Assembly: GCA_963815195.1 (NCBI GenBank)
Contig: CAWFGE010000015.1
Coordinates: 224,001 to 288,000 of the forward strand
Direction: 5' to 3'
Source: an uncultured Planctomycetaceae bacterium
GTDB lineage: Bacteria; Planctomycetota; Planctomycetia; Planctomycetales; Planctomycetaceae
Length of the DNA stretch: 64,000 nucleotides
Every line of letters begins with the position of its first letter. Position 1 is the stretch's first letter. Shown piece by piece: positions 32,822 to 44,076 of the stretch. Below the pieces are notes generated by a model. That model searched no databases and was not told the DNA's origin. It saw nothing but the letters and a program-made list of their open reading frames with translations. The translations under genes were made by a program, and so were the position numbers.

Positions 32822-34138
32822 ATGTTCAAAGACTTCTCCTCGGACGGTTTTCAAGCGCGACGCAATTGGCTTGCCGCGGCAACGGGGATGTCGGTTGCGG
32901 GGCTTATGCAGCTTTTGGAACCGCGGGAAACGGCCGCTCAATCGTCGCCAACGAAGCAACAACGCGAACCTTACGGCGAGGCGGATAAACGCGAGCATTC
33001 TTCCGTCGAAGACATCCCGCATCGGCGGGACCGGATGCGAATTACCAAGATCGAGACGATGCTCGTCCAGCCGCGGTGGTTGTTTCTCAAAATCCATACC
33101 GATTCGGGCCTTTCCGGATGGGGCGAGCCCATTGTGGAAGGGCGGGCGAAAACGGTGGCGATGGCGGTGGAGGAAATGGGGAGGTATCTCATCGGAAAGG
33201 ATCCTCGCGATGTCGTCCACCATTGGCAGGCCATGTATCGCCACGCCTTTTACCGCGGAGGCCCCGTGTTAACCAGCGCGCTGAGCGGGATCGACATGGC
33301 GCTTTGGGACATCAAAGGCAAGGCGCTGGGCGTTCCGATCTACGAATTGTTGGGCGGGCCGACGCGGAGCCGGGTTCGCGTTTACGCGCACGTCAAAAAC
33401 GATCCCGAACTCTTAAAGCAGCGAAAGGCCGAAGGATTCCGGGCGTTCAAAACCACCGTCTTGAATGCCACGCGCTCGGGAATCGTCGCTTCCCGCCGGT
33501 TCATCCGCGACGCTGAGGAGGCGTTTGCGAAACTCCGCGAGGCCGGCGGCGACGAGGCGGAGATTGCCATCGATTTTCACGGGGCGATCAGCCCGCAAAA
33601 TGCGAAACTGCTCATCAAAGCCTACGAACCTTATCAGCCCATGTTCATCGAAGAGCCGGTCGCTTGCCAGAACGTGGACGTGATGGCGGAGATCGCGAGA
33701 GGCACGCCTCTTCCCATTGCGACGGGCGAACGGATTTTTACGAAATGGGGCTTTCGCGAGATTCTCGAAAAACAAGCCGCAAGCATCCTGCAGCCCGACC
33801 TCTGCCATGCGGGCGGAATCACGGAAGTCCGGTTGATTGCGGGAATGGCCGAGGCCTATTACGCCGCGGTTGCGCCTCACAATCCGCTCGGCCCCATCTC
33901 CCTCGCCGCGGGCATTCAACTGGCCGCGTCCATTCCCAACTTTCTTTGCCAGGAACAGGTCAGTCTCGGAGAGGGGTATCTGAAACAGCCTTTTGTCGTC
34001 CAGGACGGCTTCATCCCGCTTCCCACCGGCCCCGGTTTGGGCATCGAGATCGACGAACAGGCTCTGGCCGACAAAACCGGCCACGATTGGTTAAACCGCG
34101 AAACCTATTTCAAGGATGGATCCGTCGTGGATTGGTGA
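32822..34138 (+). CDS. dgoD: Galactonate dehydratase (enolase superfamily) with Tat-like leader
   Basis: PRWLFLKIHTD, GWGEP, FYRGGPVLTSALSGID, DFHG, FIEEP, ATGER, QPDLCHAGGI, APHNPLGP, DGSVVDW. Confidence 0.88.
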   Translation: MFKDFSSDGFQARRNWLAAATGMSVAGLMQLLEPRETAAQSSPTKQQREPYGEADKREHSSVEDIPHRRDRMRITKIETMLVQPRWLFLKIHTDSGLSGWGEPIVEGRAKTVAMAVEEMGRYLIGKDPRDVVHHWQAMYRHAFYRGGPVLTSALSGIDMALWDIKGKALGVPIYELLGGPTRSRVRVYAHVKNDPELLKQRKAEGFRAFKTTVLNATRSGIVASRRFIRDAEEAFAKLREAGGDEAEIAIDFHGAISPQNAKLLIKAYEPYQPMFIEEPVACQNVDVMAEIARGTPLPIATGERIFTKWGFREILEKQAASILQPDLCHAGGITEVRLIAGMAEAYYAAVAPHNPLGPISLAAGIQLAASIPNFLCQEQVSLGEGYLKQPFVVQDGFIPLPTGPGLGIEIDEQALADKTGHDWLNRETYFKDGSVVDW

Positions 34139-34142
34139 GTTC

Positions 34143-34171
34143 CGTAGCGGGGGCTTCCAGCCGCCGCTACG
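34143..34171. terminator. GTAG-type hairpin between convergent genes
   Basis: CGTAGCGGGGGCT-TCC-AGCCGCCGCTACG. Confidence 0.55.
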
Positions 34172-34202
34172 TTGGAGGCGGCATTCTTTCCGCGGGAGTC
34201 GA

Positions 34203-35048
34203 TTACGCGGGGCGAAGTTCCACGTGGTGATCGGGATGCACCACGACCAGGTGGTTCTGCGGAACTTCCTTCCAGCCGGACTCTGCGGTCAAAGGCTCCG
34301 AGGCGATGATCACCGTCTCGGATTTGCCGCTGCCGATCATGTAGCACTTTTCCTTTTCGCAGACGTACCGTTCGCCCGTCCGCAGCCAGAGACTCGGGGC
34401 GGTCGAGTTCATCGTCGCATACCGGGACACGACCGAACGTTTGCCATCGGACACCGCCATGTTGAGCAGCGACCGGCGGGTCGCCCCCGCCTCGCTCGTC
34501 AAGCGGCTCACGTCGTCGATCGTCGCCCGCATGGCTTCGACCATCGCTTCCGTCGGATCCATCGAACTCCGCTCGGCCGCATGGTCGCGGAACATCGCAA
34601 ACAGGTGCTCGGAATCTGTCGTTCCGTGAATCCACAAATAAGCCTCGTCCGAGAGGTTTTCGGTGATCTTCCGCTTGATCGCCCGGAACTCGGCGACCGA
34701 GCCGTTGTGCATGAACGAAAAACGGTCCGCAATAAACGGATGGCAGTTTGCCTCGGACACGGAAAACCCGCCCGTCGCAGCCCGCACGTGGGCCAGGATC
34801 GTCGGGCTGCGGCTGACCCGCGCGAGGTGCAAGAGATTCACGTTGTTCCATGCGGGCTGAATCGAACGGAACAACGCCGGCTCCGGGGAGAGGTCCGGGA
34901 CATACCAGGCGATGCCGAACCCGTCGCCGTTCAAAGGCTCCTCGCGAAGCCGGGCTTTGAAACTCTGCCGAATGATGGAATGCTCGGAGCGGGTCGTCAA
35001 AAGATCGAGCGTGATGTCGGGTCCCATATACAGCACGAATCGGCACAT
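34203..35048 (-). CDS. Class II glutamine amidotransferase (EgtC/YafJ-like)
   Basis: N-terminal MCR, NGDGFGIAWY, AHVRAAT, NCHPF, FMHNG, GTTDSE, ASEPL. Confidence 0.9.
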   Translation of the reverse strand: MCRFVLYMGPDITLDLLTTRSEHSIIRQSFKARLREEPLNGDGFGIAWYVPDLSPEPALFRSIQPAWNNVNLLHLARVSRSPTILAHVRAATGGFSVSEANCHPFIADRFSFMHNGSVAEFRAIKRKITENLSDEAYLWIHGTTDSEHLFAMFRDHAAERSSMDPTEAMVEAMRATIDDVSRLTSEAGATRRSLLNMAVSDGKRSVVSRYATMNSTAPSLWLRTGERYVCEKEKCYMIGSGKSETVIIASEPLTAESGWKEVPQNHLVVVHPDHHVELRPA

Positions 35049-35122
35049 AAAAAGACCTCTCTCGGATGGTTCTATCAAATCAACCAATCGGAACGGTAGC
35101 TGCACTTTCTGCACCAAATTGC

Positions 35123-35293
35123 TTAGCTTAATACATTTAACGTATGAAGGTCTCTGGGCGCTTTGACCACAACGCCGACCGAACCTCGAGGATGCTGCGT
35201 GCGGCCGTTTTGGCCAACAACATCCTTCAGCATCACGACTTGTGTGCCGACTGAGAAGATCAAGTTGGGATTATAGTAAACTCGTTTAGCCAC
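35123..35293 (-). pseudogene. 5' fragment, probably of a nucleotidyltransferase-domain gene
   Basis: VAKRVYYNPNLIFSVGTQVV...HPRGSVGVVVKAP resembles N-termini of planctomycete nucleotidyltransferases (from memory); ends at the island edge. Confidence 0.45.
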
Positions 35294-35477
35294 GCTCGAA
35301 GACTTTCGTGTTTGTCTGATCCTGATTGCGCTGCCCGAGCCATTCAATCAACGGCATCTGCCACTGAATCGAACAATATCGGGTTCCCGAAGCTCAGGTC
35401 GAAGCTCCGAAACCGATTCGAGTGCTTGTGCAGCAAGTAGCCGAGATCGGTGGCTGGTTTGCGTTCTGTGGAGATCG

Positions 35478-36023
35478 TCAGGAGCGTGTCATCCAGTTTC
35501 GTTTCTCAATGGTTCTAACGTTCGTGGCCCTTGCCAATTTCACGAGATAAGGTCCGAGACGTTGCAACACTTTATCAGTTCCGTCTCCAATAAACTCTGG
35601 CACATACACGGCATTGCCGTAGTTGCGCTCACACTTCTGGGGAGTGTCATCGACGACCAAAATGCGTTGCACGTCATAGCCTCGACGTTCCACCTTTTTC
35701 AAATCCTTCACATAATAGTACGTCTGCTTCTCCCCGTCGTATCTCGGGACGCAGCGATCTCGTCCCCACACGAATTGCAATTCCAGTCGTGACGGGAAGA
35801 TGCAATGCACGATGGCAGCAGCGTAATCTGGACTCGACGACGACCAGACTGCAAGGTCAAAATGCTCAGCCACATGGATGAGAAACTCGTGCAAATGCGG
35901 TCGCTGGTACACAAAATACGGGCCCACCACATGATCCGGCTCGTGGTCCAGCGGCCTCTCGCTGGCAAATAGCAGAGTTTCATCTAAATCAAGGATCAAC
36001 AGTGGGCGAACGGTGTCTGTCAT
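35478..36023 (-). CDS. NIF/FCP1-like HAD phosphatase
   Basis: LILDLDETL, RPHLHEFL, VWSSS, YVKDL, VDDTP. Confidence 0.88.
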   Translation of the reverse strand: MTDTVRPLLILDLDETLLFASERPLDHEPDHVVGPYFVYQRPHLHEFLIHVAEHFDLAVWSSSSPDYAAAIVHCIFPSRLELQFVWGRDRCVPRYDGEKQTYYYVKDLKKVERRGYDVQRILVVDDTPQKCERNYGNAVYVPEFIGDGTDKVLQRLGPYLVKLARATNVRTIEKRNWMTRS

Positions 36024-36024
36024 A

Positions 36025-36356
36025 TCATAAAGAGTCCTTCTCATGAAATCCTTCTATCACCAGATTATGACACTCGATCCACGTCGGCGGCTCGCATTTC
36101 TCGGCCAGTTTGCGAATGACCTGCTCGGGAACCGCTTTGCTTCGTGCTTTGTTTTGACGAAGCAGCGTCTCGAACGGCGGTTCGAGGTAGACGATTTCGA
36201 TGCGGGCATGGTAATCGGCAAACAGGTCGAGCCACCGACCGCGGGTCTGCTGCATCGTGTTCGTGGCGTTGAAGGCGAATGACGTGCCCGCCCTGAGCAA
36301 CTCCCGGCAGCGTTCTCGGGCAAGCTGCGCCACTTGTCCCTGATTGCCGGTTGGTT
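36025..36356 (-). pseudogene. C-terminal fragment of an AAA_33/polynucleotide-kinase-like protein
   Basis: [55 protein letters not shown]; no P-loop present. Confidence 0.65.
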
Positions 36357-36612
36357 CGGTGGCGGTGCGATAGCGGCGAATGGTCTGCAACGATGAGCGA
36401 CGCACGTGTTCGTGCTGCTCCAGCCAACGCGTGCGGAGTTCGACAATCGAGATGGGCTCAAACCCCAGAGACGAAGGGATGCCCACTTCCAACTTCCAAC
36501 TGGGCATTGAATTCCGCGGCCATCTGCCGGGCGACTTCGCCGTCGGGACCGACACGCGGTTGTTTGCGTTTGCCGTGCTCGCGGTAACACACGTACCAGA
36601 CCCGGCCCCGCT
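36357..36612 (-). pseudogene. N-terminal fragment of a tyrosine integrase
   Basis: [36 protein letters not shown], 7-bp duplication TTGGAAG, then [34 protein letters not shown]. Confidence 0.55.
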
Positions 36613-36706
36613 CTCCGCTACAAAACGCGACAAACGGGAACTTTCTGAGGAGCTCAGAAAACGCAAATGCCCGCGAGTCAAGAACTTAGATTCACGGGCA
36701 GCAAGC

Positions 36707-36732
36707 AAAAGCGGAGAGAGGGGGACTCGAAC
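36707..36732 (-). repeat. att-like copy of a tRNA(Ser)-type 3' end
   Basis: Reverse complement reads GTTCGAGTCCCCCTCTCTCCGC (T-loop plus acceptor strand); 19 bp identical to 49910-49928. Confidence 0.8.
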
Positions 36733-36814
36733 AACCCTCGAAAACAAGGGGGAAACGGCCAATTCTTCCCCAGGCGGTGCAAAATCCGGTGCACTTAATG
36801 CAGAAACGACCCCG

Positions 36815-36919
36815 ATGGATGCCGATTTGCAAACCCTCATCGACCGATGGCCGGCCCTTCCAGAATCGGCGAAAGCCCACATTTTGGAAATCGCTCTTTC
36901 GGTGGGGAATGGGGAATAG
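36815..36919 (+). CDS. Very small hypothetical protein next to att
   Basis: [26 protein letters not shown]; resembles short att-adjacent ORFs of planctomycete islands (from memory). Confidence 0.4.
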   Translation: MDADLQTLIDRWPALPESAKAHILEIALSVGNGE

Positions 36920-37589
36920 TGGATACGCCGCATTGTTTGATTGGTGATTTCTTTTCTGATTCCGATTGGAGAATCAATTTGCCTAAATTGCAATGTTTGA
37001 GCGATCCCAACTTTCAATTTGGTTTGCCGATCATGCTGACCATAAGCGGGCAACAAAAGCAAACCCGCTTCAGCAATTCAGGAGATTGCTCTTCCCCTCT
37101 GAAACCGACTCGGGACAATTTGGCGGGAAACCTTTTCGGTCAACATAAGCGGGTAAAAATGAACGAATTCGCCTGGAACGTGAAAACCGACGCCGAAACT
37201 GCGGCCCACAGAGCAGGGGGACGGCGGCATTACAATGCGTTCCGGCAGTTGCCGAGGCCCTGGGCGTGCACCGCAGCACGGTTTGCCGGGATTTGCAGTA
37301 TGCCGAAGATTTGGAACGCGGATTAAGCCCATTCGAAATTCACTTGAAACGAAAGGCCGAACGCAATCAGGAAATTCCAATGACACCGGACACATCTCCG
37401 TCCGATGAGCACTTCGACCGAATTTCCGTTTTGACTCGCGAACTCTTGGTGAAGGGGCTATCCCAGCACGATATTGACATAATCCTGAATCACCACATGG
37501 CATGAAATCAGCAGCAATGCTTTGGGGAGGACGGAGCCATCGCCAACCGCAAATCGAAATCAACTCAAGGAAATGGGCAACTGACCGTT

Positions 37590-38027
37590 GTGGAAACGGC
37601 CGTTCCGCCAACCGACGGTGACGCTTTGCAACAAAATGCGACACTTCCGGCGCAGCAAGCGCGGGCGGTGGTTGGTTTGTTGGGCGGTTTGTCCATCACC
37701 GAGGCGGCGAAAGTGGCCGGTGTGAACCGTGCGACCGTGCATCGCTGGTTGAAGGACGATTTTTCGTTTCAGGCGGCCGTGAATCGGGGCCGGCGAGAGT
37801 TACGGGAGGCTTTGCAAAGCCGGCTGATGAACTTGGCAGAGGATGCGATTTCTTGTCTGGAGCAGGCCGTGCAGGCCGGCGATGGAAAAACCGCCTTGGC
37901 CCTTCTGAAAGGTTTGGGATTCCTAGGTGGGAAACCCATTTCCATTCCAAGCGGCGATCCTGACGAGTTGCGGGACCAGCACGAAGAGCAAGTCGCCCGA
38001 CGCAAATTGCTTTCGGTCCGCCGCTGA
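37590..38027 (+). CDS. HTH protein (terminase-small-subunit-like HTH)
   Basis: GLSITEAAKVAGVNRATVHRWLKDDFSFQAAVNR followed by a helical region. Confidence 0.7.
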   Translation: METAVPPTDGDALQQNATLPAQQARAVVGLLGGLSITEAAKVAGVNRATVHRWLKDDFSFQAAVNRGRRELREALQSRLMNLAEDAISCLEQAVQAGDGKTALALLKGLGFLGGKPISIPSGDPDELRDQHEEQVARRKLLSVRR

Positions 38028-38111
38028 TTTTCCTTTCCCCCCGCCTTCGGGCGCGTTACACTGGCCGGATATTCATATCAGTGAAAATCGGGCGGTAGAA
38101 ACGGGCGGGTG

Positions 38112-40547
38112 ATGGCGGTTGATAAGAAATCTCTCAGCGAACAGGACATTTGCCCCCAGTTCATCACGCCCACGATCCAATCTTCGGGTTGGGATTTGGC
38201 AACCCAAATCCGCTTTGAAGTGACTTTCACGGCGGGGCAGGTAATTGTCAAAGGGAAGTCCATCAAGCGGGGCAAGGGCAAGCGGGCGGATTATGTGCTG
38301 TTCTACCGCGAGAATCTCCCGCTGGCCGTCGTGGAAGCCAAGGACAACAAGCACACCATCGGTGCGGGGATGCAGCAAGCCCTCGTTTATGCCGATGGGG
38401 ATGCCCTGGATTTGCCTTTCGTTTTCAGTTCCAACGGCGATGGGTTTCTGTTTCACGACAAAACCCAAACCGGCGGGAAACTCGAAACGGAAATCGCCCT
38501 CGATGCGTTTCCCTCGCCCGATGAACTTTGGGAACGCTATCTGCAAGTGGAAGGGATCTAAAACCCGAAGTCCGCCCGCTGGTGACGAATGATTTCTATT
38601 CCGATGGCACCGACAAGAAGCCCCGCTATTACCAATTGAACGCCATCAACCGCACCATCGAAGCCATCGCCAAAGGGCAACAGCGGGTGTTGTTGGTGAT
38701 GGCCACCGGGACCGGGAAAACCTACACCGCGTTTCAAATCATTTGGCGATTGTGGAAACACGGACTCAAAAAGCGGATTCTGTTCCTGGCGGATCGGAAC
38801 ATCCTGGTCGATCAAACCCGCGTGAACGATTTCAAACCCTTCGGCGGGGCAATGACCAAGATCACCAACCGCACCATCGACAAATCGTTTGAAATCTATT
38901 TGAGCCTGTACCAAGCCATCACCGGGACCGAAGCGGAGAAGAACATCTACAGGGAGTTCTCCCGCGAGTTCTTCGATTTGATCGTGGTCGATGAATGCCA
39001 TCGGGGAAGCGCCAAAGAGGATTCCCAGTGGCGGGAGATTCTGGAATACTTCAATCACGCCACGCAAATCGGGCTGACGGCCACGCCCAAGGAAACCGAA
39101 TACGTTTCCAATATCCATTACTTCGGCGAGCCGGTTTACACCTATTCGCTCAAGCAAGGCATTCAGGATGGTTATCTGGCCCCGTATCGCGTGATTCGGA
39201 TTGATCTGGATAAAGACCTCGAAGGCTGGCGGCCTCCGCAGGGACATACCGACAAATTCGGCGAACTGGTGGAAGATCGGCAATACAACCAAAAAGACAT
39301 GGACCGCACGTTGGTGCTAGAGAAACGCACCGAACTGGTGGCCAAAAAGGTGACGGAGTTTCTCAAAGGGACCGACCGCTATGCCAAAACCATCGTGTTT
39401 TGCGAGGACATCGAACACGCCGAGCGGATGCGGCAAGCCCTGGTCAACGAGAACGCCGACCTCGCCGCCAAGAACCGCAAATATGTGATGCGGATCACGG
39501 GTGATAATAAAGAAGGCAAAGCCGAGTTGGATAACTTCATCGACCCGGAAAGCATTTATCCGGTGATCGTCACCACGTCCCAACTGCTTTCCACCGGCGT
39601 GGATGCCCAGACTTGCAAGCTGATCGTGCTGGACAAAACGCATTCAATCCATGACGGAATTCAAGCAAATCATCGGGCGGGGCACGCGGATCAAGGAAGA
39701 CTACGACAAGTTCTATTTCACCATCATGGATTTCAAAAAGGCCACCGAACATTTTGCCGACCCGAAATTCGACGGCCCGCCCATTTCCGTTTACATCCCC
39801 AAACCCGATGACCCCGTCGTTCCGCCCGATGAGGAGGATGAGAACCCCGAAGGCGGCGAATCGGGAGAACCCGACGGCGGGGAAGTGATTGACGGCGATC
39901 CCGCCCCGCCCGGCGGCGATGAGGGGGAGGACACCGGCAACGGGGGCGGGGGCGGAGGCGGAACCGGCAAGCGAACGAAAATCTACGTCGATAACGTGGA
40001 AGTCTTCGTCAAGGCCGAGCGGGTGCAATACTTCGATCCCCAAACCGGCAAACTGATGACCGAATCCCTCAAGGACTTCACCAAAAAACGGGTGGGGCTG
40101 GAATATGCTTCGCTGGATGATTTCCTGCAAACGTGGAACCAAGCCGAGCAGAAACAGGCCATCATTGATGAACTCGCCGAGCGGGGCGTGTTCTTCGATG
40201 CCCTCGCCGAGGATGTGGGAAAAGACTTCGATCCCTTCGACCTGGTTTGCCACGTCGCCTTCGATCAACCGCCGCTCACGCGGAAGGAACGGGCCGAGAA
40301 CGTCAAAAAGCGGAACTATTTTACGAAGTACGGCGAACAGGCCCGCGCGGTCTTATCCGCCCTCTTGGAAAAATACGCCGACGGCGGTTTCGAGGAACTC
40401 GACGACTTAAAGGAATTGAACACCTTGACCGTCGATCCGTTTTCCCAAATGGGAACCCTCGTCGAAATCGTCAACGCTTTCGGCGGAAAGGAAAAGTACC
40501 TTGAAGCTCTCCGCGAATTGGAGACAATCCTCTATCAAGCCGTTTGA
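38112..40547 (+). CDS. hsdR: Type I restriction subunit R (EcoAI/EcoEI-like), frameshifts near 38560 and 39640
   Basis: ADYVL..VVEAK nuclease motif, [30 protein letters not shown] across three ORF pieces. Confidence 0.92.
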
Positions 40548-40576
40548 ACCGAACCCACCCAGGAAAAGATTTCCCA

Positions 40577-42022
40577 ATGGTCAGCAGCGCCCAAATCAAA
40601 TCCATTCAAGACACCATGCGGAAAGATGTGGGCGTGGATGGCGATGCCCAACGCATCGGGCAGATGGTGTGGTTGATCTTTCTCAAAGTCTTCGACGACC
40701 GCGAGCAGGAACACGAACTCTTAAACCCCAAGTACAAATCGCCCATTCCCGAAAAGCTCCGCTGGCGGAATTGGGCGGCGGACCCCGAAGGCATCACCGG
40801 CGATCCGCTTTTGGATTTCGTCAATCTGGAATTGTTCCCCACCCTCAAAAATCTTTCCGTGGGAAACGACAAGCTCAAAAAGGTGGTCCACGATGCCTTC
40901 GAGGATGCCTACAACTACATGAAGTCCGGCCAACTGCTCCGCCAGGTGATCAATCGGCTGAATGAGGATTTCGACTTCAACCGCTCGGAAGATCGGCACA
41001 TCTTCGGCGACATTTACGAGCAAATCCTCCGCGATCTGCAATCCGCCGGGAACGCGGGCGAGTATTACACCCCCAGGGCCGTCACGCAGTTCATGGTCGA
41101 GATGGTCAATCCCCAACTCGGCGAGAAAATCCTCGATCCCGCTTGCGGCACGGGCGGGTTTTTAACCTGCGCCATCGAGCATATTCGCAAAAACCAGGTC
41201 AAAACGCCCGCCGATGAGGAGAAGCTGCAAGCCTCGCTCAATGGCGTGGAGAAAAAGCAACTCCCGCATCTGTTGTGCGTGACGAACATGCTGTTGCATC
41301 GCGTGGATGTGCCCGCGAACATCCTGCACGATAACACCTTGAACCGTCCACTGACCGATTACGGACCCAAAGACCGCGTGGATGTGATCCTCACCAACCC
41401 GCCCTTCGGCGGCCAAGAGGAAGATGGCATCGAGAACAATTTTCCGTCCGCCTTCCGTACCCGCGAAACCGCCGACTTGTTCTTGGTCTTGATCCTCAGG
41501 CTACTCAAAGACGGCGGCCGCGCGGCGATTGTGCTGCCCGATGGTACGTTGTTCGGCGAAGGCGTCAAAACCCGCATCAAGGAAAAGCTGCTCGAAGAGT
41601 GCAACCTGCACACCATCGTGCGTTTGCCCAATGGCGTGTTTAGCCCGTACACCGGCATCAAGACAAACCTGCTCTTCTTCGAGAAAGGCACGCCCACCAA
41701 GCACATCTGGTATTACGAGCATCCCTATCCCGAGGGTCAAAAGTCCTACAACAAAACCAACCCCATCAAGATCGAAGAGTTCGCCCCCGAAAAGAAATGG
41801 TGGAAGAAGCGGAAGGAAACCGAATACGCCTGGAAAGTCTCCGCCCTAGACATCAAAGCCGGCGGTTACAATCTCGACCGCAAAAACCCCCACGCCCAAG
41901 ACCAAGGCCCCGGCGACCCGGAGGAACTCTTGGCCCAGTTCCATTCTCTGGAAAGCCAAATCCAAGCCACCCGAGACCAACTCCGCCAAGAACTCCAAGC
42001 CGCCCTGGACCGCCCCCAATGA
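40577..42022 (+). CDS. hsdM: Type I R-M methyltransferase subunit M
   Basis: GEYYTPR, DPACGTGGF, TNPPF; intact ORF. Confidence 0.96.
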   Translation: MVSSAQIKSIQDTMRKDVGVDGDAQRIGQMVWLIFLKVFDDREQEHELLNPKYKSPIPEKLRWRNWAADPEGITGDPLLDFVNLELFPTLKNLSVGNDKLKKVVHDAFEDAYNYMKSGQLLRQVINRLNEDFDFNRSEDRHIFGDIYEQILRDLQSAGNAGEYYTPRAVTQFMVEMVNPQLGEKILDPACGTGGFLTCAIEHIRKNQVKTPADEEKLQASLNGVEKKQLPHLLCVTNMLLHRVDVPANILHDNTLNRPLTDYGPKDRVDVILTNPPFGGQEEDGIENNFPSAFRTRETADLFLVLILRLLKDGGRAAIVLPDGTLFGEGVKTRIKEKLLEECNLHTIVRLPNGVFSPYTGIKTNLLFFEKGTPTKHIWYYEHPYPEGQKSYNKTNPIKIEEFAPEKKWWKKRKETEYAWKVSALDIKAGGYNLDRKNPHAQDQGPGDPEELLAQFHSLESQIQATRDQLRQELQAALDRPQ

Positions 42023-43774
42023 CCCCCGCCGATTTCCTAAACCACTTCGCCCCGCTCACGGACACCGCAGGCGGCGTGCAGAAACTCCGAAACCTCATCC
42101 TGCAACTGGCCGTCCAAGGCAAACTGGTCGAGCAAGATCCCAACGATGAACCGGCGGCAGCGATCTTCTGAAAAGAATTAGAGAACGAAAAATCGCAATT
42201 GTTCGCGAAAGGGGAGATTCGGAAGCCGGCGAAGACTTCCACGCAGTCAATTCCAATGGTTCAGCGAACCCAAAAGCGGTTGGGCCAGGACCATGATGGG
42301 AATGTTCGTCATTAGAACTGATGTTCAGGGCAGCATCTCAAACCGGAAGCCTATAACGAAGACAGGCAAAGGCCATCCCGTATTCAACCGGTCCGGCTGA
42401 TTTGTGGATGACCGTTCATCCCACTGCAAGTCGATGGACTACACGAAACACGATCTATTGCTAAGCAAGGGGATATGTTTAGTTACGGTCAAAGGTGCAA
42501 CGATTGGAAAAACAACATATCTTGTGAACCGCGCAACGGCGTTTACAGCCGACGATTGATGGCCGCCCGTTCGATCTAGTCGTTCCGATTTTCTGCAATC
42601 TTGTTTTGAAGTCCACCTACGACATATTCCAAAGTCGGGCGTGGGTATTGCAATTCGCCGGTATCGGTACGCAGACGAAATCCTGAGCACTCACGATTTG
42701 GACTTCCACCCCTCGCCGAGCAGCGGCGGATTGTGGCGAAGGTGGATGAGTTGATGCGGTTGTGCGATGAGTTGGAAACTCGGCAGCAACCGAGCAGCGG
42801 GCGGTGCGGGTGCGGATGAGCGCGGCGGCTTTGGACCGCTTGACGAACGCGGCGGACCCCACCGAGTTCGCCCCGGCCTGGCAACGCCTCAACACCCACT
42901 TCGACACCCTCTTCGCCCGCCCCGAATCCCTCGCCCAACTCCGCCAAACCCTCCTCCAACTCGCCGTCATGGGCAAACTCGTCGAACAAGACCCAGACGA
43001 CGAACCGGCGGCGGAACTTATCAACGCATCAAACACCAAAGGGCAGAATGGTTAAACGCCAAGGTAATCAAGAAACCGAAACCGCTCTCGCAGATTACGC
43101 AGGGCGACATTCAAATGCTGCCTGCTGGATGGACTGCCGAACGGTTGGGAAACATCATTGATGCCCGTTTTTCGCTTTCCTACGGCGTTCTGGTTCCTGG
43201 GCCCGACATCTCTGATGGTATTCCATTTGTCCGGGTCTAAAGATTTGGACATCAAACCGAAAATTAAACCCGCGAAAACAATTGACCGGGCAATCGATGC
43301 AAAGTACCAGCTGAACTCGCCTAGTCGGTCGGAGAGATTTTACTTGGCGTTGTTGGAAGCATTGGAAAACTAGGAATTGCACCCAAGTCATGGGCTGGGT
43401 AAGCGAACATTGCCCGTGCTGTCTGTCGAATGACATGCCCGCTCAACAAGTCGAGCGAGACTTCTTGCTCTTGGTCCTCCAAAGCGCTCAGATTCAAAGC
43501 CATTTCAAGTCATCAACCCGGACACTTGCCCAACCAACGCTGAACATTGGCAATGATCGAAGAAACAGCCATTCCAATCCCCCCGCTTGCCGAGCAAAAA
43601 CGCATCGTCCAACGAGTGCAAGAACTGATGGCCCATTGCGATACCCTGGAAGCCCAACTCACCCGGCGGGAGGCTTCGGCGGACGAGTTGCTCGAAGCGA
43701 TGGTGGCGGCGATTCTGGCCGGTCGGGAGCCGCGTGCGGTCGGCAAACGGAACGGGCGGCAGCGGTCCGCATGA
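42019..43774 (+). pseudogene. hsdS: Type I R-M specificity subunit S with many frameshifts and stops
   Basis: Duplicated LQLAVxGKLVEQDP.DEPAA and PPLAEQ.RIV.(K/R)V.ELM..CD.LE conserved blocks; both TRDs fragmented. Confidence 0.85.
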
Positions 43775-43836
43775 ATGGGGAAAACGCTTCGGCCGCCAAC
43801 GCAGGCCCACCCAAACCAGGAAAGGCAACCCGATTG

Positions 43837-44076
43837 ATGGCCAAGAAACGTTTCAACTACATCGTGACCGTTTCGTTTCAGATGCAGTTTTCCTTCCCGG
43901 AATCGGAAGTCGAACAAAGCGACGAAGGGGCCGAGGGCGATATGTCCCCCACGGATGAAGCCTTGGAAGCCCTGGAAGAGGAACTCGCCGAATTCCTAGG
44001 CCAAAACTACGGGGGCATTTGCAATATGGAAGCCTGGGCAGACTTTGATGAATTGCTGAGCACATACGAAGAATGA
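43837..44076 (+). CDS. Small highly acidic protein (79 aa; 20 Asp/Glu, 3 Lys/Arg)
   Basis: MAKKRFNYIVTVSF...DELLSTYEE; bracketed by a 42-bp direct repeat (43677-43718, 44098-44139). Confidence 0.65.
   Translation: MAKKRFNYIVTVSFQMQFSFPESEVEQSDEGAEGDMSPTDEALEALEEELAEFLGQNYGGICNMEAWADFDELLSTYEE

Noticed and set aside
36707..36800. Intact tRNA gene at either att copy
   Set aside because: Only the T-loop and acceptor 3' strand match. The adjacent sequence gives no anticodon or D arm at 36733+ or 49929+.
36025..37062. 345-aa ORF as one real gene
   Set aside because: A chimera reading through att, an integrase stub and a kinase tail.
37159..37505. Small HTH gene (RAGGRRHYNAFRQ...STVCRD)
   Set aside because: Looks like a frameshifted remnant, and boundaries could not be fixed with confidence.
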